Virus record (IMG/VR): IMGVR_UViG_3300023174_009221
DNA: 64,000 bases
Source: a virus
Reading direction: 5' to 3' (one strand)
Shown here: piece after piece, positions 49,628 to 59,420 of the stretch
Layout: each line of letters opens with the position of its first letter
Numbering within the stretch: position 1 is the stretch's first letter
The notes under the pieces: model-generated
Databases searched by the model: none
Told to the model about the DNA's origin: nothing
What the model saw: only the letters and a program-made list of their open reading frames with translations
Translations under genes and position numbers: made by a program

Positions 49628-50224
49628 ATGAGTATAAGAAAATTCAAGCAATTTATCACCGAAGAGTTAAATGATCCACAGGAAACTTATATTAAGATGT
49701 TGCTAATGAATATTAGAGAAGAGATCAATTCTATATTTGAAGAAGAATCAGAAAATATACCCTCAGGTGAAAAAACAATTTCTCAGGCAAAATTAGATTC
49801 AAAAAAGAAAAAGAAAAAAACTCTTAAAGATCAGGGAATTACACTTGAAAGTAGTGAGATTTCTTTATATTCTAGATTATATGATTCACTTACAATAAAA
49901 TTTTCAGATAACTTAAGCTCCTGGTATTCAGTTATTATATTAATTGACCTAAAGGACGCGGCTCCAAAAGATCCAAAAAAAGATTTTAGAATGGAGGATA
50001 TAAAAAAAGCCACCATCAAAATTAGAAAATACGATTCCGATACCGATACTTTAATAAACTGGCTTAGCATGACTGTTGAAATCGAGAAGAAATCGGGTTG
50101 GAATTGGACTGTCAACAAAGATGATGAAAAAAAGAAACAAACTCTTACAACAGAGGATTTCATAACCTTTATAAAATCCGAAATTGATGGCCAAGATAAA
50201 AGTTTTCAAATAGAAACCGAATAA
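49628..50224 (+). CDS. Tagged hypothetical protein
   Basis: MSIRKFKQFITEE; TAATATATA upstream. Confidence 0.65.
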   Translation: MSIRKFKQFITEELNDPQETYIKMLLMNIREEINSIFEEESENIPSGEKTISQAKLDSKKKKKKTLKDQGITLESSEISLYSRLYDSLTIKFSDNLSSWYSVIILIDLKDAAPKDPKKDFRMEDIKKATIKIRKYDSDTDTLINWLSMTVEIEKKSGWNWTVNKDDEKKKQTLTTEDFITFIKSEIDGQDKSFQIETE

Positions 50225-50253
50225 GGGAAACACCATAGATTAATAAATAATTT

Positions 50254-50769
50254 ATGTCAATAAATATTGTTTCTAGTCAGCAGATAGTAAATAACTTCAA
50301 AAATTGTAAACATTTTGTTAGAAGTTTAGGTTTAATCTCCACAGTCGATAAAAACGGAACTAGGATTTTCAATGAAAAGGACCGATTTGCTAGATTTTAT
50401 AATAGCTCGTATAACACAACAATATTTGCACAGGGTTATATTGGGGATATTAGATTTTATGTCGACCATATGATATTAGATAGGAATTTTGCAGTTTATG
50501 TTGGGGATAATTTTGAAGAGTTTGTTAATACTTATGACTTTGATTTAGTAGATAAAAAGGGTATAGATTTTTACATCGGACACCTGCTTAAATCAGCAGA
50601 AGAAGCCTATGAAGATAAAAAGAAAAATGACGAATTGAAAAAAATAGAAATTAAAAAAGGCGATGCTGATAAAATATCGCTAAATCCTGGCCAAGTTACC
50701 TATGAAGACTTAAAGGCTTATTTAGAAAAACAACAGGCAGAAAGGTATAAAAAGAATTTAAATTTATGA
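50254..50769 (+). CDS. Hypothetical protein
   Basis: ORF track; TAATAAATA upstream. Confidence 0.6.
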   Translation: MSINIVSSQQIVNNFKNCKHFVRSLGLISTVDKNGTRIFNEKDRFARFYNSSYNTTIFAQGYIGDIRFYVDHMILDRNFAVYVGDNFEEFVNTYDFDLVDKKGIDFYIGHLLKSAEEAYEDKKKNDELKKIEIKKGDADKISLNPGQVTYEDLKAYLEKQQAERYKKNLNL

Positions 50770-51782
50770 CGATAAAAAGGATTATGATGTTAAATATGTC
50801 AGGAGATGACATTAAATTATTACAGACTAAACTAAAAGACTTTGGATTCTATACCGGCAGATTAGATGGCATTTTTGGTCAAAACCTACTTGTATCGGTC
50901 AGTAATTTTCAAAAAGAAGTTAATATAAAAGCCGATGGAATTGTGGGTAATTTGACCTGGAATCAACTCGAACTCTATGCCAAAAAAGTAATTGACTTAA
51001 ATAGACCAAAATTTGTTGAAAAAGAAAGTAATAGAGTAAAAAATGATATACCAAATAAAATTTCATATGTAGGCGAAGGCGGTCTTATTATCTATAACAA
51101 TCTACTAAGTGAAGATGAGTATTACAAAGAAGAAACTAAAAAGAATACGATTTGGTTACACCACACAGCAGGCGGATCGAGACCTGACTGGACTATTGGT
51201 GGTTGGGAAAAAGATTTTCAAAAAGATGACTCAGGAAATACAAAACTTGATGAATTAGGAAATCCCCTGCCTCTTAAAGTTGCAACACATTTTGTGATTG
51301 GTAGAAGATCTTCATCTACCGATGACACTCTATGGGATGGAAAAATCTTAAAAGCAATAGATGAAAGATATTGGGCTTATCACTTAGGAATATCAAAAAT
51401 GAGTAAGAAATTAAATTCAGAATCGGTATCGATTGAAATTTGCAATTATGGACCACTAACTTTTAGATCCGGTCAGTTTTTTAATTATGTCAACAAAGTG
51501 GTAAAAGCTGAAGATGTCATAGAATTAGAAAAACCGTTCAGGGGTTATAAATTTTGGGAAAAATACACCGATAATCAAATTGAAAGTCTGCGAAAGTTGA
51601 TAATTTATATCCAATCTGTTTGGAATATCACCATAGACAAAGGCATTTATAATGAAGAGTGGTTTGAGTATGACGAGAAGTGGTTTTCTTCTGGTGGTCT
51701 TAGAAGTCACACCCAAGTCAGAACGGATAAATTTGATGTGTTTCCTCAACCAGAACTGATTAAAATGTTAAATTCCCTTTAA
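50766..51782 (+). CDS. Endolysin: peptidoglycan-binding domain + N-acetylmuramoyl-L-alanine amidase
   Basis: LQTKL...DGIFG...FQ...ADGIVG..TW; LHHTAG, THF, AYH, IEI, SH...K.D. Confidence 0.85.
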   Translation: MTIKRIMMLNMSGDDIKLLQTKLKDFGFYTGRLDGIFGQNLLVSVSNFQKEVNIKADGIVGNLTWNQLELYAKKVIDLNRPKFVEKESNRVKNDIPNKISYVGEGGLIIYNNLLSEDEYYKEETKKNTIWLHHTAGGSRPDWTIGGWEKDFQKDDSGNTKLDELGNPLPLKVATHFVIGRRSSSTDDTLWDGKILKAIDERYWAYHLGISKMSKKLNSESVSIEICNYGPLTFRSGQFFNYVNKVVKAEDVIELEKPFRGYKFWEKYTDNQIESLRKLIIYIQSVWNITIDKGIYNEEWFEYDEKWFSSGGLRSHTQVRTDKFDVFPQPELIKMLNSL

Positions 51783-52052
51783 GATTTGATAAACTCTAAG
51801 TTTATCATCAGATGATAAGTCATCAAAAAGAAAAGGGTAATCAAAGTCGGAATCAAATAAGTGTAGAATAATATCACCTAAATCATCATCTATTTCAATT
51901 GTTTGATAGACACCAATTGAAAGCGGAAAATCTATTAATAATTCGTCATTTTGACCACAGCATAGCTCTATGATTAAAGATTTTATCTTTCTTTTAAGCA
52001 CTTTGTCAAATAATATTTCCACTCTATATATATTTTTAGAGATAAATAGCAT
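51768..52052 (-). CDS. Hypothetical protein
   Basis: ORF track; start uncertain. Confidence 0.45.
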   Translation of the reverse strand: MLFISKNIYRVEILFDKVLKRKIKSLIIELCCGQNDELLIDFPLSIGVYQTIEIDDDLGDIILHLFDSDFDYPFLFDDLSSDDKLRVYQILKGI

Positions 52053-52095
52053 AAATTTTAAATGTTTCTAAAAAAAGATTTTTTATATATAGACT

Positions 52096-53334
52096 ATGAA
52101 ATTAAAAAAATTTATTGATTTCTTAACCGAAAGCAAAATTGAAGAATTAGTTTTAGAGTCAAAAGTAGTTTTATCAGATAGATTTATTAATCTTCTATCA
52201 AGAATGTCTTCAAATAAAGTAGCTCAGCAGCTAATTGATGTCAATTCAAAAGACTTTGCCACTCAGCATAACTATATTGACGTAACAGACAATAAAGAAG
52301 AATTATCATTTACACCTGATAGAAAAGTTCAGGAACTAATTGGAAATAAACCAGTTGTTTATGTGGTAGGAACAAGAAGGCAATTAACGCATAGTGATAC
52401 AAACGATGCGATATTTGACATCTTAGGATACGATAGATACCAAGATATTTGGAGACCCGAAAGTGGACAAAAAGGTCTAATAAAGGCCGAAACTGTTAGT
52501 CAACAATCTAATAAAGTGTTTGTGCTTTTTGAAGAACTAACTGACAGTGAAGAAAAGAGATTGGCAGTGCTAAACAAGGATTCACTATCAGTGTTGGAAC
52601 CAAATGATTCACATATCTGGAACACTTCTCGAAATCCAATAAGAGTTGGTAGACTAGTAAGGCCCCTCTTAAGAGCCGCTGGTGTCTCTGTTACGGACCA
52701 AGAACTTGAAGAATTTGTTAACCAATGGAAAGCTACTTATGATTTTGCATCAAATGCCCTAAATCAATTTGATATTGTACAAGGTGATGATATTAAAAAG
52801 TGGTATTGGTATGAAAATTACCAAGAAGGTGGAGGGTCAATGAATAACTCTTGTATGAGCCATGTTTCCAGTGAGTTAATGGATATATATGCAAAAAATC
52901 CACAAGTTTCATTGGTAATACTTTATTCTGATAAAGGTGAAATGGTAGGGGATAAATATGTATCAAAAAAAATTAAAGGACGTGCTATTCTTTGGGATTG
53001 TACTATTTTAGGCGGTAATGAAAAATTTATGGACAGAATCTACACAGTTCAAGATTCAGATATTGAACTTTTCAAACAGTTTGCTCAAAAAAATAAATGG
53101 TACTACAAAGAGGCCCAAACAATGGAGCCAAATGAAAAAATTACCAGAGGCCAGTCACCGGTTAAAGCAGAAATAACAGCAGAACTAGACTATGTAGATT
53201 TGGATTTTTATCCATATTGTGACACATTGTGTTACTTGTACCCACGTTATAAGATAATTTCAAATGTATATGACCAAAACCGTGATGTAAGAGTGCTTAG
53301 AACAACCGATGGTGAATATTATGACGAACCTTAA
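52096..53334 (+). CDS. Tagged paralog of 22095-23807 lacking the zinc-ribbon tail
   Basis: MKLKKFIDFLTES; NNSCM, GRAILW, MDRIYT, YPYCDT, TDG. Confidence 0.75.
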   Translation: MKLKKFIDFLTESKIEELVLESKVVLSDRFINLLSRMSSNKVAQQLIDVNSKDFATQHNYIDVTDNKEELSFTPDRKVQELIGNKPVVYVVGTRRQLTHSDTNDAIFDILGYDRYQDIWRPESGQKGLIKAETVSQQSNKVFVLFEELTDSEEKRLAVLNKDSLSVLEPNDSHIWNTSRNPIRVGRLVRPLLRAAGVSVTDQELEEFVNQWKATYDFASNALNQFDIVQGDDIKKWYWYENYQEGGGSMNNSCMSHVSSELMDIYAKNPQVSLVILYSDKGEMVGDKYVSKKIKGRAILWDCTILGGNEKFMDRIYTVQDSDIELFKQFAQKNKWYYKEAQTMEPNEKITRGQSPVKAEITAELDYVDLDFYPYCDTLCYLYPRYKIISNVYDQNRDVRVLRTTDGEYYDEP

Positions 53335-53361
53335 TTAAAAGTAAACACACGCCACCCAGAT

Positions 53362-53394
53362 AAAAAAAACCCAGTCGAAAGACTGGGTTTTTTT
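53362..53394. terminator. Bidirectional intrinsic terminator
   Basis: A8-CCCAGTC-GAAA-GACTGGG-T7 between convergent genes. Confidence 0.88.
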
Positions 53395-53409
53395 ATTACA
53401 AAGTTAAAA

Positions 53410-55272
53410 TCAATTGACTTCTTCAAAATCAGCATCTTGAACTTCATCATTTCCAGTGCTGGTATTCTGAGTAGTTTCAGATTGATTTTTTGTTTGTTGA
53501 TAAAGACGAGTGCTAATTTCAGACCAAGTTTGATTAAGTTCAGATTGAGCTGTGTCTATTTTTTCTAAATCTTTTTCAGAGAAAGCAGACTTTAGTTGGT
53601 CTAATTTCGTAGTAAGATGAGATTTATCATCTTCAGTCAGTTGCTCAGAGAACTCTTTAAGTTGTTTCTCTGTTTGGAATATTAAAGAGTCGGCCGCATT
53701 TAGCTTTTCGGCTCTTTCTTTTTCTTTAGCATCTGCCTCAGCATTTGCCTCAGCTTCCTGTTTCATTCTTTCAATTTCTTCTTTAGATAATTGTGAGTTA
53801 CCTTCAATTCTGATATTATTCTCTTTTCCGGTAGCTTTATCTTTAGCAGAAACAGAAAGAATTCCATTTGCATCGATATCGATCGTTACCTCGATTTGCG
53901 GAACACCTCTCGGCGCTGGCATAATTCCCCCTAAGTGAAATCTACCAAGAGATTTATTATCCCGAGCCATCGGTCTTTCTCCCTGAATAACATGGATTTC
54001 AACTGAAGACTGATTGTCAGACGCAGTTGAAAATGTTTCAGATTTTCGAGTAGGGATTGTGGTGTTACTTTCGATTAATTTAGTCATGACCTGTCCCATA
54101 GTTTCAATACCAATTGAAAGTGGAAGCACATCAAGTAACAAAACGTCAGTAACGTTTCCAGTCATTACACCACCCTGGATAGTTGCGCCAGTAGAAACAC
54201 AAGTATCAGGATTTAGGGATTTAGAGGGTTTTTTTCCAAAAAGTTTTTCAAGTTTTTCTTGAACAAGTGGGATTCTAGAAGACCCACCGACAAGGAGAAC
54301 TTCATTGATTTGTGAAGTTTTTAACCCAGAACTCTTCAAAGCTGATTTAGATTTGTTGATTGTTCTTTCAATGATAGGATCAATCAACTGTTCGAACTTG
54401 GACTTTGACAACTGTCTAACCAAGTGTTTTGGTATACCATCAACCGAGGTGATGTAAGGTAGATTGATATCAGCCTGTGATGAACCAGATAATTCAATTT
54501 TTGCCTTTTCAGCAGCCTCGAACAATCTTTGATGAGCCATTGGGTCTTTTCTAAGATCCATACCTTCGTCTTTCAAAAATTCTTCAGCCATCCAATTTAC
54601 TACTTCTTCGTCGATTAGGGATCCACCTAAATCTAAGTCTCCGTCTGTTGATAAGATTTCAAATACTCCATCTGCGACATCAACAATAGAAAGGTCCATT
54701 GTACACCCACCAAAATCAAAGACAGCATATTTGTTTTCGGATTTTGAATCGACATTCAAAATAGCTGCCGTTGGTTCAGCAATAACTCTTTCTACCGTAA
54801 GACCAGCAATTTCACCAGCTAATTTTGTTGCTTGTCTTTCTTCTGAGTTAAAGTGAGCAGGAACCGTGATGATGGCTCTTTTCACCTCATGCCCAAGGAA
54901 ATCTTCAGCGGTTTTTTTCATTTTCTGAATAATCATAGCTGAAATTTCTTCAGGTGAGTAGGTCTTGTCATCGATTTGTATTCCAGGTCTTCCTTTCTGG
55001 TCAACAATTTTGTAAGGTCTTTTAAGGTGTTTAACTTGCTCATAAGTTTTACCCATCAAACGCTTAATGTTAAAAATTGTTTTTTCAGGATTAATCGTTG
55101 CTTGTCTTTTAGCTGGATCCCCTACTTTGATACCATCTTTTGTAAAAGCAACATAAGAAGGTGTGGTAAGGGCACCTTCTGAATTAGGAATAATTTTTAC
55201 TTCTGTTCCCTCATAAACAGATACGGCGGAGTTGTAACTCCCAAGGTCAATACCAATAATTTTTTCGTTCAT
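53410..55272 (-). CDS. dnaK: Hsp70 chaperone DnaK
   Basis: [46 protein letters not shown]. Confidence 0.95.
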   Translation of the reverse strand: MNEKIIGIDLGSYNSAVSVYEGTEVKIIPNSEGALTTPSYVAFTKDGIKVGDPAKRQATINPEKTIFNIKRLMGKTYEQVKHLKRPYKIVDQKGRPGIQIDDKTYSPEEISAMIIQKMKKTAEDFLGHEVKRAIITVPAHFNSEERQATKLAGEIAGLTVERVIAEPTAAILNVDSKSENKYAVFDFGGCTMDLSIVDVADGVFEILSTDGDLDLGGSLIDEEVVNWMAEEFLKDEGMDLRKDPMAHQRLFEAAEKAKIELSGSSQADINLPYITSVDGIPKHLVRQLSKSKFEQLIDPIIERTINKSKSALKSSGLKTSQINEVLLVGGSSRIPLVQEKLEKLFGKKPSKSLNPDTCVSTGATIQGGVMTGNVTDVLLLDVLPLSIGIETMGQVMTKLIESNTTIPTRKSETFSTASDNQSSVEIHVIQGERPMARDNKSLGRFHLGGIMPAPRGVPQIEVTIDIDANGILSVSAKDKATGKENNIRIEGNSQLSKEEIERMKQEAEANAEADAKEKERAEKLNAADSLIFQTEKQLKEFSEQLTEDDKSHLTTKLDQLKSAFSEKDLEKIDTAQSELNQTWSEISTRLYQQTKNQSETTQNTSTGNDEVQDADFEEVN

Positions 55273-55299
55273 ATTTTTTTATTTTTTATTATGCTATTG

Positions 55300-55339
55300 T
55301 CAAATGACGTGCCATTAATATTTTACTGACATTATGACA
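55300..55339 (-). promoter_or_regulatory. Composite element TGTCA-N3-TGTCAGT-N10-TGGCACG-N3-TTTGA upstream of dnaK (sigma54-like core)
   Basis: GG-N10-GA core; identical spacing to 32216-32255. Confidence 0.6.
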
Positions 55340-55420
55340 GTGTTATTGACACATACTACATTTATAGTATTCTATTAAAAAAGGTTTATTCAAATTTAAT
55401 ATATAAAAATAAAAATATTT

Positions 55421-55546
55421 ATGAGATATTTAAAATTATATGAAGATTTTGAAGCTAAAGCTATTTTAGAATCGGATTTTATTATAAATACACTTAATTA
55501 TTTAAAGAAAGGAGCTTTTAAGGCTAATCCATTGGTTTTTGATTAA
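55421..55546 (+). CDS. 41-aa tagged peptide MRYLKLYEDFEAKAILESDF...
   Basis: Translated by hand; tag motif plus TAATATATA upstream; absent from the ORF track. Confidence 0.5.
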   Translation: MRYLKLYEDFEAKAILESDFIINTLNYLKKGAFKANPLVFD

Positions 55547-55591
55547 AATAAAAATACTTCTTTAGATTAGAGTTTTCAAATTAAAATAATT

Positions 55592-55876
55592 ATGAAATTT
55601 TTAAAAGAATTTTCTCTTTGGAATCCAATCATTAATAAAGACGTTGTAGAATTTATTGAAAAAAATAAAACACATCTTTTACATCTTTGGGATAAAGATA
55701 AATCTGAAGAAGAAAATATGCAATTTTTAATAAACTTATTTACCGAGTATCCAGATTTAATGAATGATACAACTGATTTAAAAAAAATAACAATACCACA
55801 ATCAAAAATAGGCTTAAAAAATGCATACCCTATTCTACAAAATATAGGAGGTGTTAGAGATTTTAGGAGTTTTTAA
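55592..55876 (+). CDS. Small hypothetical protein (weak tag)
   Basis: MKFLKEFSLW. Confidence 0.55.
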   Translation: MKFLKEFSLWNPIINKDVVEFIEKNKTHLLHLWDKDKSEEENMQFLINLFTEYPDLMNDTTDLKKITIPQSKIGLKNAYPILQNIGGVRDFRSF

Positions 55877-55890
55877 ACCCGGTATCCGCG

Positions 55891-56337
55891 TTATGAATTA
55901 GAAGTCAATGCTGGGTAGTTCTGAATTTTTAAAATGTAGTCAACAAATTCGTAGCTGTTCTCAGCGGATACTAAAATTCCCTTATCAATAACTGCTCTAA
56001 CGTCGTCTAAAATCTGGTCTAATTCTAACTTAAATTGTCCTATTTCATTTTGTTTTATGTTATAAATCACTAAATCCTTTATTTTTTCGATATCTGTAGA
56101 ATCCATGACTGGATCAAGAACCGGGTCCCAATTTTTTGACCGAAATGTCCAGAATTTGTGAACCGGATAACCGGGGCTATCATATCCATATGGGTGAACT
56201 TCTTCGCTGAAAGTTTCACCGGTGCATTTTACTATATCCCATTTATCGAATAAATCATACAGAAAATGTGATAGTGTGATATAATCTTCATTTGCTGACA
56301 GATTCTCAAATAGTCTGAAGTTATTTATATGTCTCAT
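55891..56337 (-). CDS. Tagged hypothetical protein
   Basis: MRHINNFRLFEN; TAATATATA upstream. Confidence 0.65.
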   Translation of the reverse strand: MRHINNFRLFENLSANEDYITLSHFLYDLFDKWDIVKCTGETFSEEVHPYGYDSPGYPVHKFWTFRSKNWDPVLDPVMDSTDIEKIKDLVIYNIKQNEIGQFKLELDQILDDVRAVIDKGILVSAENSYEFVDYILKIQNYPALTSNS

Positions 56338-56361
56338 AATTTTTATATATTAATTATCTTT

Positions 56362-57126
56362 TTAAGATAAACTACCCCGAAGTAACAAAACTGGCCCTTC
56401 TGTCCAAAATTGTTTTTTATTTTCTATTCTAAAGTCCTCATCATAGTTTAACACCTTAAAGCCCCTAACTTGGGGATTAAAGATATAATTATTAATAAAA
56501 TTAAAACAATCTTCACCAGTTATTGAATCCGGACTTTTTTTCAGATCATCACCACATCTTTCAATAAACGACCTGACGTCTTTTTTTTCTAAATTGAATT
56601 TTGAAATTTTATTTAATCTATTTTGTAGTGTGTCACCACCGACTTGTATCCAGGCAGGGAATAGTCCAATAGCATCTAAAAAATGTTCAACTAAATAAAC
56701 ATCTCCACCCCAGTCATCATCATCATTTCCAAAAGATTCCCAAATAGTTCTATAGGGGCAAATTGCAATTTTTACCCCGTCGAATGGAATGACTTCATAA
56801 ATAGCATCTCCGTAAGAACCAACGGCTCCTGGTGAACCACCAATAACACATCTATCGTATCTTGGATAATCTTTCCAACTCGGAAGATTAGACATTAACT
56901 CCAAGTGTAAATTTGTATCTTCAATTGAACTTCTAAAATCACCCAGTTTTGGATCCACAAAAACAAAGTCTCCTAAGTCAGGCATACCACGAAAAAGTTC
57001 ACTTTCGACACGAGTCCAATTTTTACAATTTTCTTTTCTGATTTTATCAAATTCCGACTCAGTAATAGTTCTGGATCCAAATCTACTATAATTTTCAAAT
57101 ACTTTATATTTCTTAAGCCACTTCAT
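56362..57126 (-). CDS. Tagged protein, possibly ADP-ribosyltransferase-like fold
   Basis: MKWLKKYKVFEN; LFRGM...SYG..YEVIP...KQFW. Confidence 0.45.
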   Translation of the reverse strand: MKWLKKYKVFENYSRFGSRTITESEFDKIRKENCKNWTRVESELFRGMPDLGDFVFVDPKLGDFRSSIEDTNLHLELMSNLPSWKDYPRYDRCVIGGSPGAVGSYGDAIYEVIPFDGVKIAICPYRTIWESFGNDDDDWGGDVYLVEHFLDAIGLFPAWIQVGGDTLQNRLNKISKFNLEKKDVRSFIERCGDDLKKSPDSITGEDCFNFINNYIFNPQVRGFKVLNYDEDFRIENKKQFWTEGPVLLLRGSLS

Positions 57127-57385
57127 CTATTAGTTCTGCCAATTTTATATCTTTTTGGGTAATAATATCACCAGCATCGTGAGTAGATAATTTAAGTATT
57201 ACTTTGTTATAAGCCCAGTTTATTTCAGGATGGTGATTTTCGGATTCACATATTTTTGCAATTTCATTTATGAATTCTAATGCTTGCTGAAAATCACTAA
57301 ATCCAAATTCCCTTTGGAGTTTTCCATTGATTTCTGACCAGGTTTGGTTTGATTCAAATAATTTATAAGGTGTTAGGTGATTCAC
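57113..57385 (-). CDS. Pterin-4a-carbinolamine dehydratase with tag
   Basis: F.DF..A..F...A...E..NHHP, LSTHDAG, KDIKLA; N-terminus MNHLTPYKLFES. Confidence 0.85.
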   Translation of the reverse strand: MNHLTPYKLFESNQTWSEINGKLQREFGFSDFQQALEFINEIAKICESENHHPEINWAYNKVILKLSTHDAGDIITQKDIKLAELIDEVA

Positions 57386-57388
57386 TAA

Positions 57389-57802
57389 TTATATATTAAA
57401 AAATACAACTAAATTTACAATTTCCTGTTCACCCAACAAATCATAATCTTCTTCGTCTATTTCAACCTCGATTCTTTCAGGGTCACCAACAAAAACGACT
57501 CCACACTTGAACCATCTATCATCTAAGTAAGATTTGATTTGTAGAAGTTCATGTTTTACGTCCGATAATTTAAAATATGGACTTGAATATCCTGTTCTTT
57601 GACGCTGTATAACAAAACCAGGCATCGGCTCGGTTATTAAAAAAGATTTTGCAATTACATCATCAGCCACTCTTACCCGATATCCGTCATACTGTAGATC
57701 TAAAAATGTTTGTAAAATAAAAACCTCGTCTTCTCTAAATTGTTGAAGTTTCTGATTTGACAAATTCTCATTAAATTTTACAAATGTCCTTAAACTCTTC
57801 AT
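57389..57802 (-). CDS. Tagged hypothetical protein
   Basis: MKSLRTFVKFNEN. Confidence 0.6.
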   Translation of the reverse strand: MKSLRTFVKFNENLSNQKLQQFREDEVFILQTFLDLQYDGYRVRVADDVIAKSFLITEPMPGFVIQRQRTGYSSPYFKLSDVKHELLQIKSYLDDRWFKCGVVFVGDPERIEVEIDEEDYDLLGEQEIVNLVVFFNI

Positions 57803-58575
57803 CTTTTTATTAAATTTTTATTCCAAATAACCAAACCATAGGTATCAAATTCTGGACAATAAAAACCATCTGCTCTTTGTAAAATAAAATCTCTCACCCC
57901 TTCATCATACATAGCGTAATCATCAGACAGTGCAATAATTGTCATATCATCTAACTGGAAATCATCTTCTCCACTGTATCCAGGATTATCTCTATAATGT
58001 GTGATGCAATTATCTGTTGTGCAAAAATATGAACCCCTATCAACATCATATTGATTAATATCTGATACACCCCATTCCATTTCATCTTCTTTGCTGTCAA
58101 AACTAAAATATGCTTTTTTTAAACAGTCATACATTTCGGTCTTTTTGAAATCCACCCATTTAATAAACTCTACTCTTTTGTCTGCGGCTCTAACCGTTGC
58201 CCAATGAGGAAATTCATCTAATATTTCATATTCCAAATATCCCCATTTAGAATAATCTTCTGGTGTTAGAATTAAATAATCATCTTCTGTATTCTTAGTA
58301 AATTGTTTCACCGAGAAGTCAATAATTTGTCCATCAATCATAGGAGCAATGTGAGCTTCTCTATCTGAATCAAAATAAACTATTTCGACATCTATTGATT
58401 TTGACTTAGACCAGTTATAAAATTCTTTTGTAAACCAAGAACAATTTGCCTTTTCTTTATCAAAAGGCTTACCTAATCTCAGGTCATATTGATAGGAATA
58501 TTCATCTAAGAATTGATTTGCTAAAGAATCTAAATTTTTGAATTCAAATAATTTATATGTTTTTAAGTGTCTCAT
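57799..58575 (-). CDS. Tagged protein with possible papain/transglutaminase-like Cys-His-Asp triad
   Basis: MRHLKTYKLFE; ANCSWF...AHIA...IIDFSVKQF. Confidence 0.5.
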   Translation of the reverse strand: MRHLKTYKLFEFKNLDSLANQFLDEYSYQYDLRLGKPFDKEKANCSWFTKEFYNWSKSKSIDVEIVYFDSDREAHIAPMIDGQIIDFSVKQFTKNTEDDYLILTPEDYSKWGYLEYEILDEFPHWATVRAADKRVEFIKWVDFKKTEMYDCLKKAYFSFDSKEDEMEWGVSDINQYDVDRGSYFCTTDNCITHYRDNPGYSGEDDFQLDDMTIIALSDDYAMYDEGVRDFILQRADGFYCPEFDTYGLVIWNKNLIKR

Positions 58576-59384
58576 TTTACAGATTTAAGTTTCAAGTTTT
58601 TTGTCAAAGATTTCATTTTAAGATATTTATCTTCATCTTCACCGACCAAGTCTAATGTTTGTCTATTTATTTCTGCATCACCAAAATAAATTGGAATACC
58701 CCCTTTATAATAAGGATTACCATTTATCATTTCAATGGGTAATTCAACTTTTTGATTCTGAGACCAACCTACTATTTCACAGGTTTCATCTTGTATAAGT
58801 TTTTTCCAAATAGCCTCTTTTGATTCAGGTGTTTGTGTATCATCACTATAAAGCGGAATATTCAATTCTCTAACAAAACCTTTATATGTTGATATACCTA
58901 ATCTTTTAATACCTAACTTTTTTATCAGATGCCAGTTAGAACCAGTTGTGGCTACTTTGACACCATCTTCAAAATCTTTAACAACTATTGCAAAAATAGG
59001 ACTTCCTAAATTATATTTTTCAAATAAACCAGTAGCTCTACTCTCAATATCTTCTGGTAATTGATATCCTGATGGTTTGGAATCACAGAATTCTAAATTC
59101 ACCCCATTCAAGTGTGTAAAAATAATTCCTCTTCTTTCACTTTCAAATCTAAAATAAGATCCAGATAAACCACCTTCTAAATTCCACTTCTTAACTAACT
59201 TAACACCAGTTGCTGAAATTTCTGACTCATAATCACCTTCCCTAAAAGAACCTTCACAGACATCATAAACCCACAACAACATAGGAAGTACATATCCGTT
59301 TTTATCGGAATTACCTAACGATGGCCAACTTGGCATATTAATAATTTCTTCTAAGATAAATTCTGAATAATTTTTAATCTTCAT
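58572..59384 (-). CDS. Tagged protein, possibly GNAT-like
   Basis: MKIKNYSEFILEE; RLGISTY...LYSD..QT......IWKKL. Confidence 0.45.
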   Translation of the reverse strand: MKIKNYSEFILEEIINMPSWPSLGNSDKNGYVLPMLLWVYDVCEGSFREGDYESEISATGVKLVKKWNLEGGLSGSYFRFESERRGIIFTHLNGVNLEFCDSKPSGYQLPEDIESRATGLFEKYNLGSPIFAIVVKDFEDGVKVATTGSNWHLIKKLGIKRLGISTYKGFVRELNIPLYSDDTQTPESKEAIWKKLIQDETCEIVGWSQNQKVELPIEMINGNPYYKGGIPIYFGDAEINRQTLDLVGEDEDKYLKMKSLTKNLKLKSVK

Positions 59385-59420
59385 AACTCTATATATAAAA
59401 AAAAGAGTTAAAAACTTATC

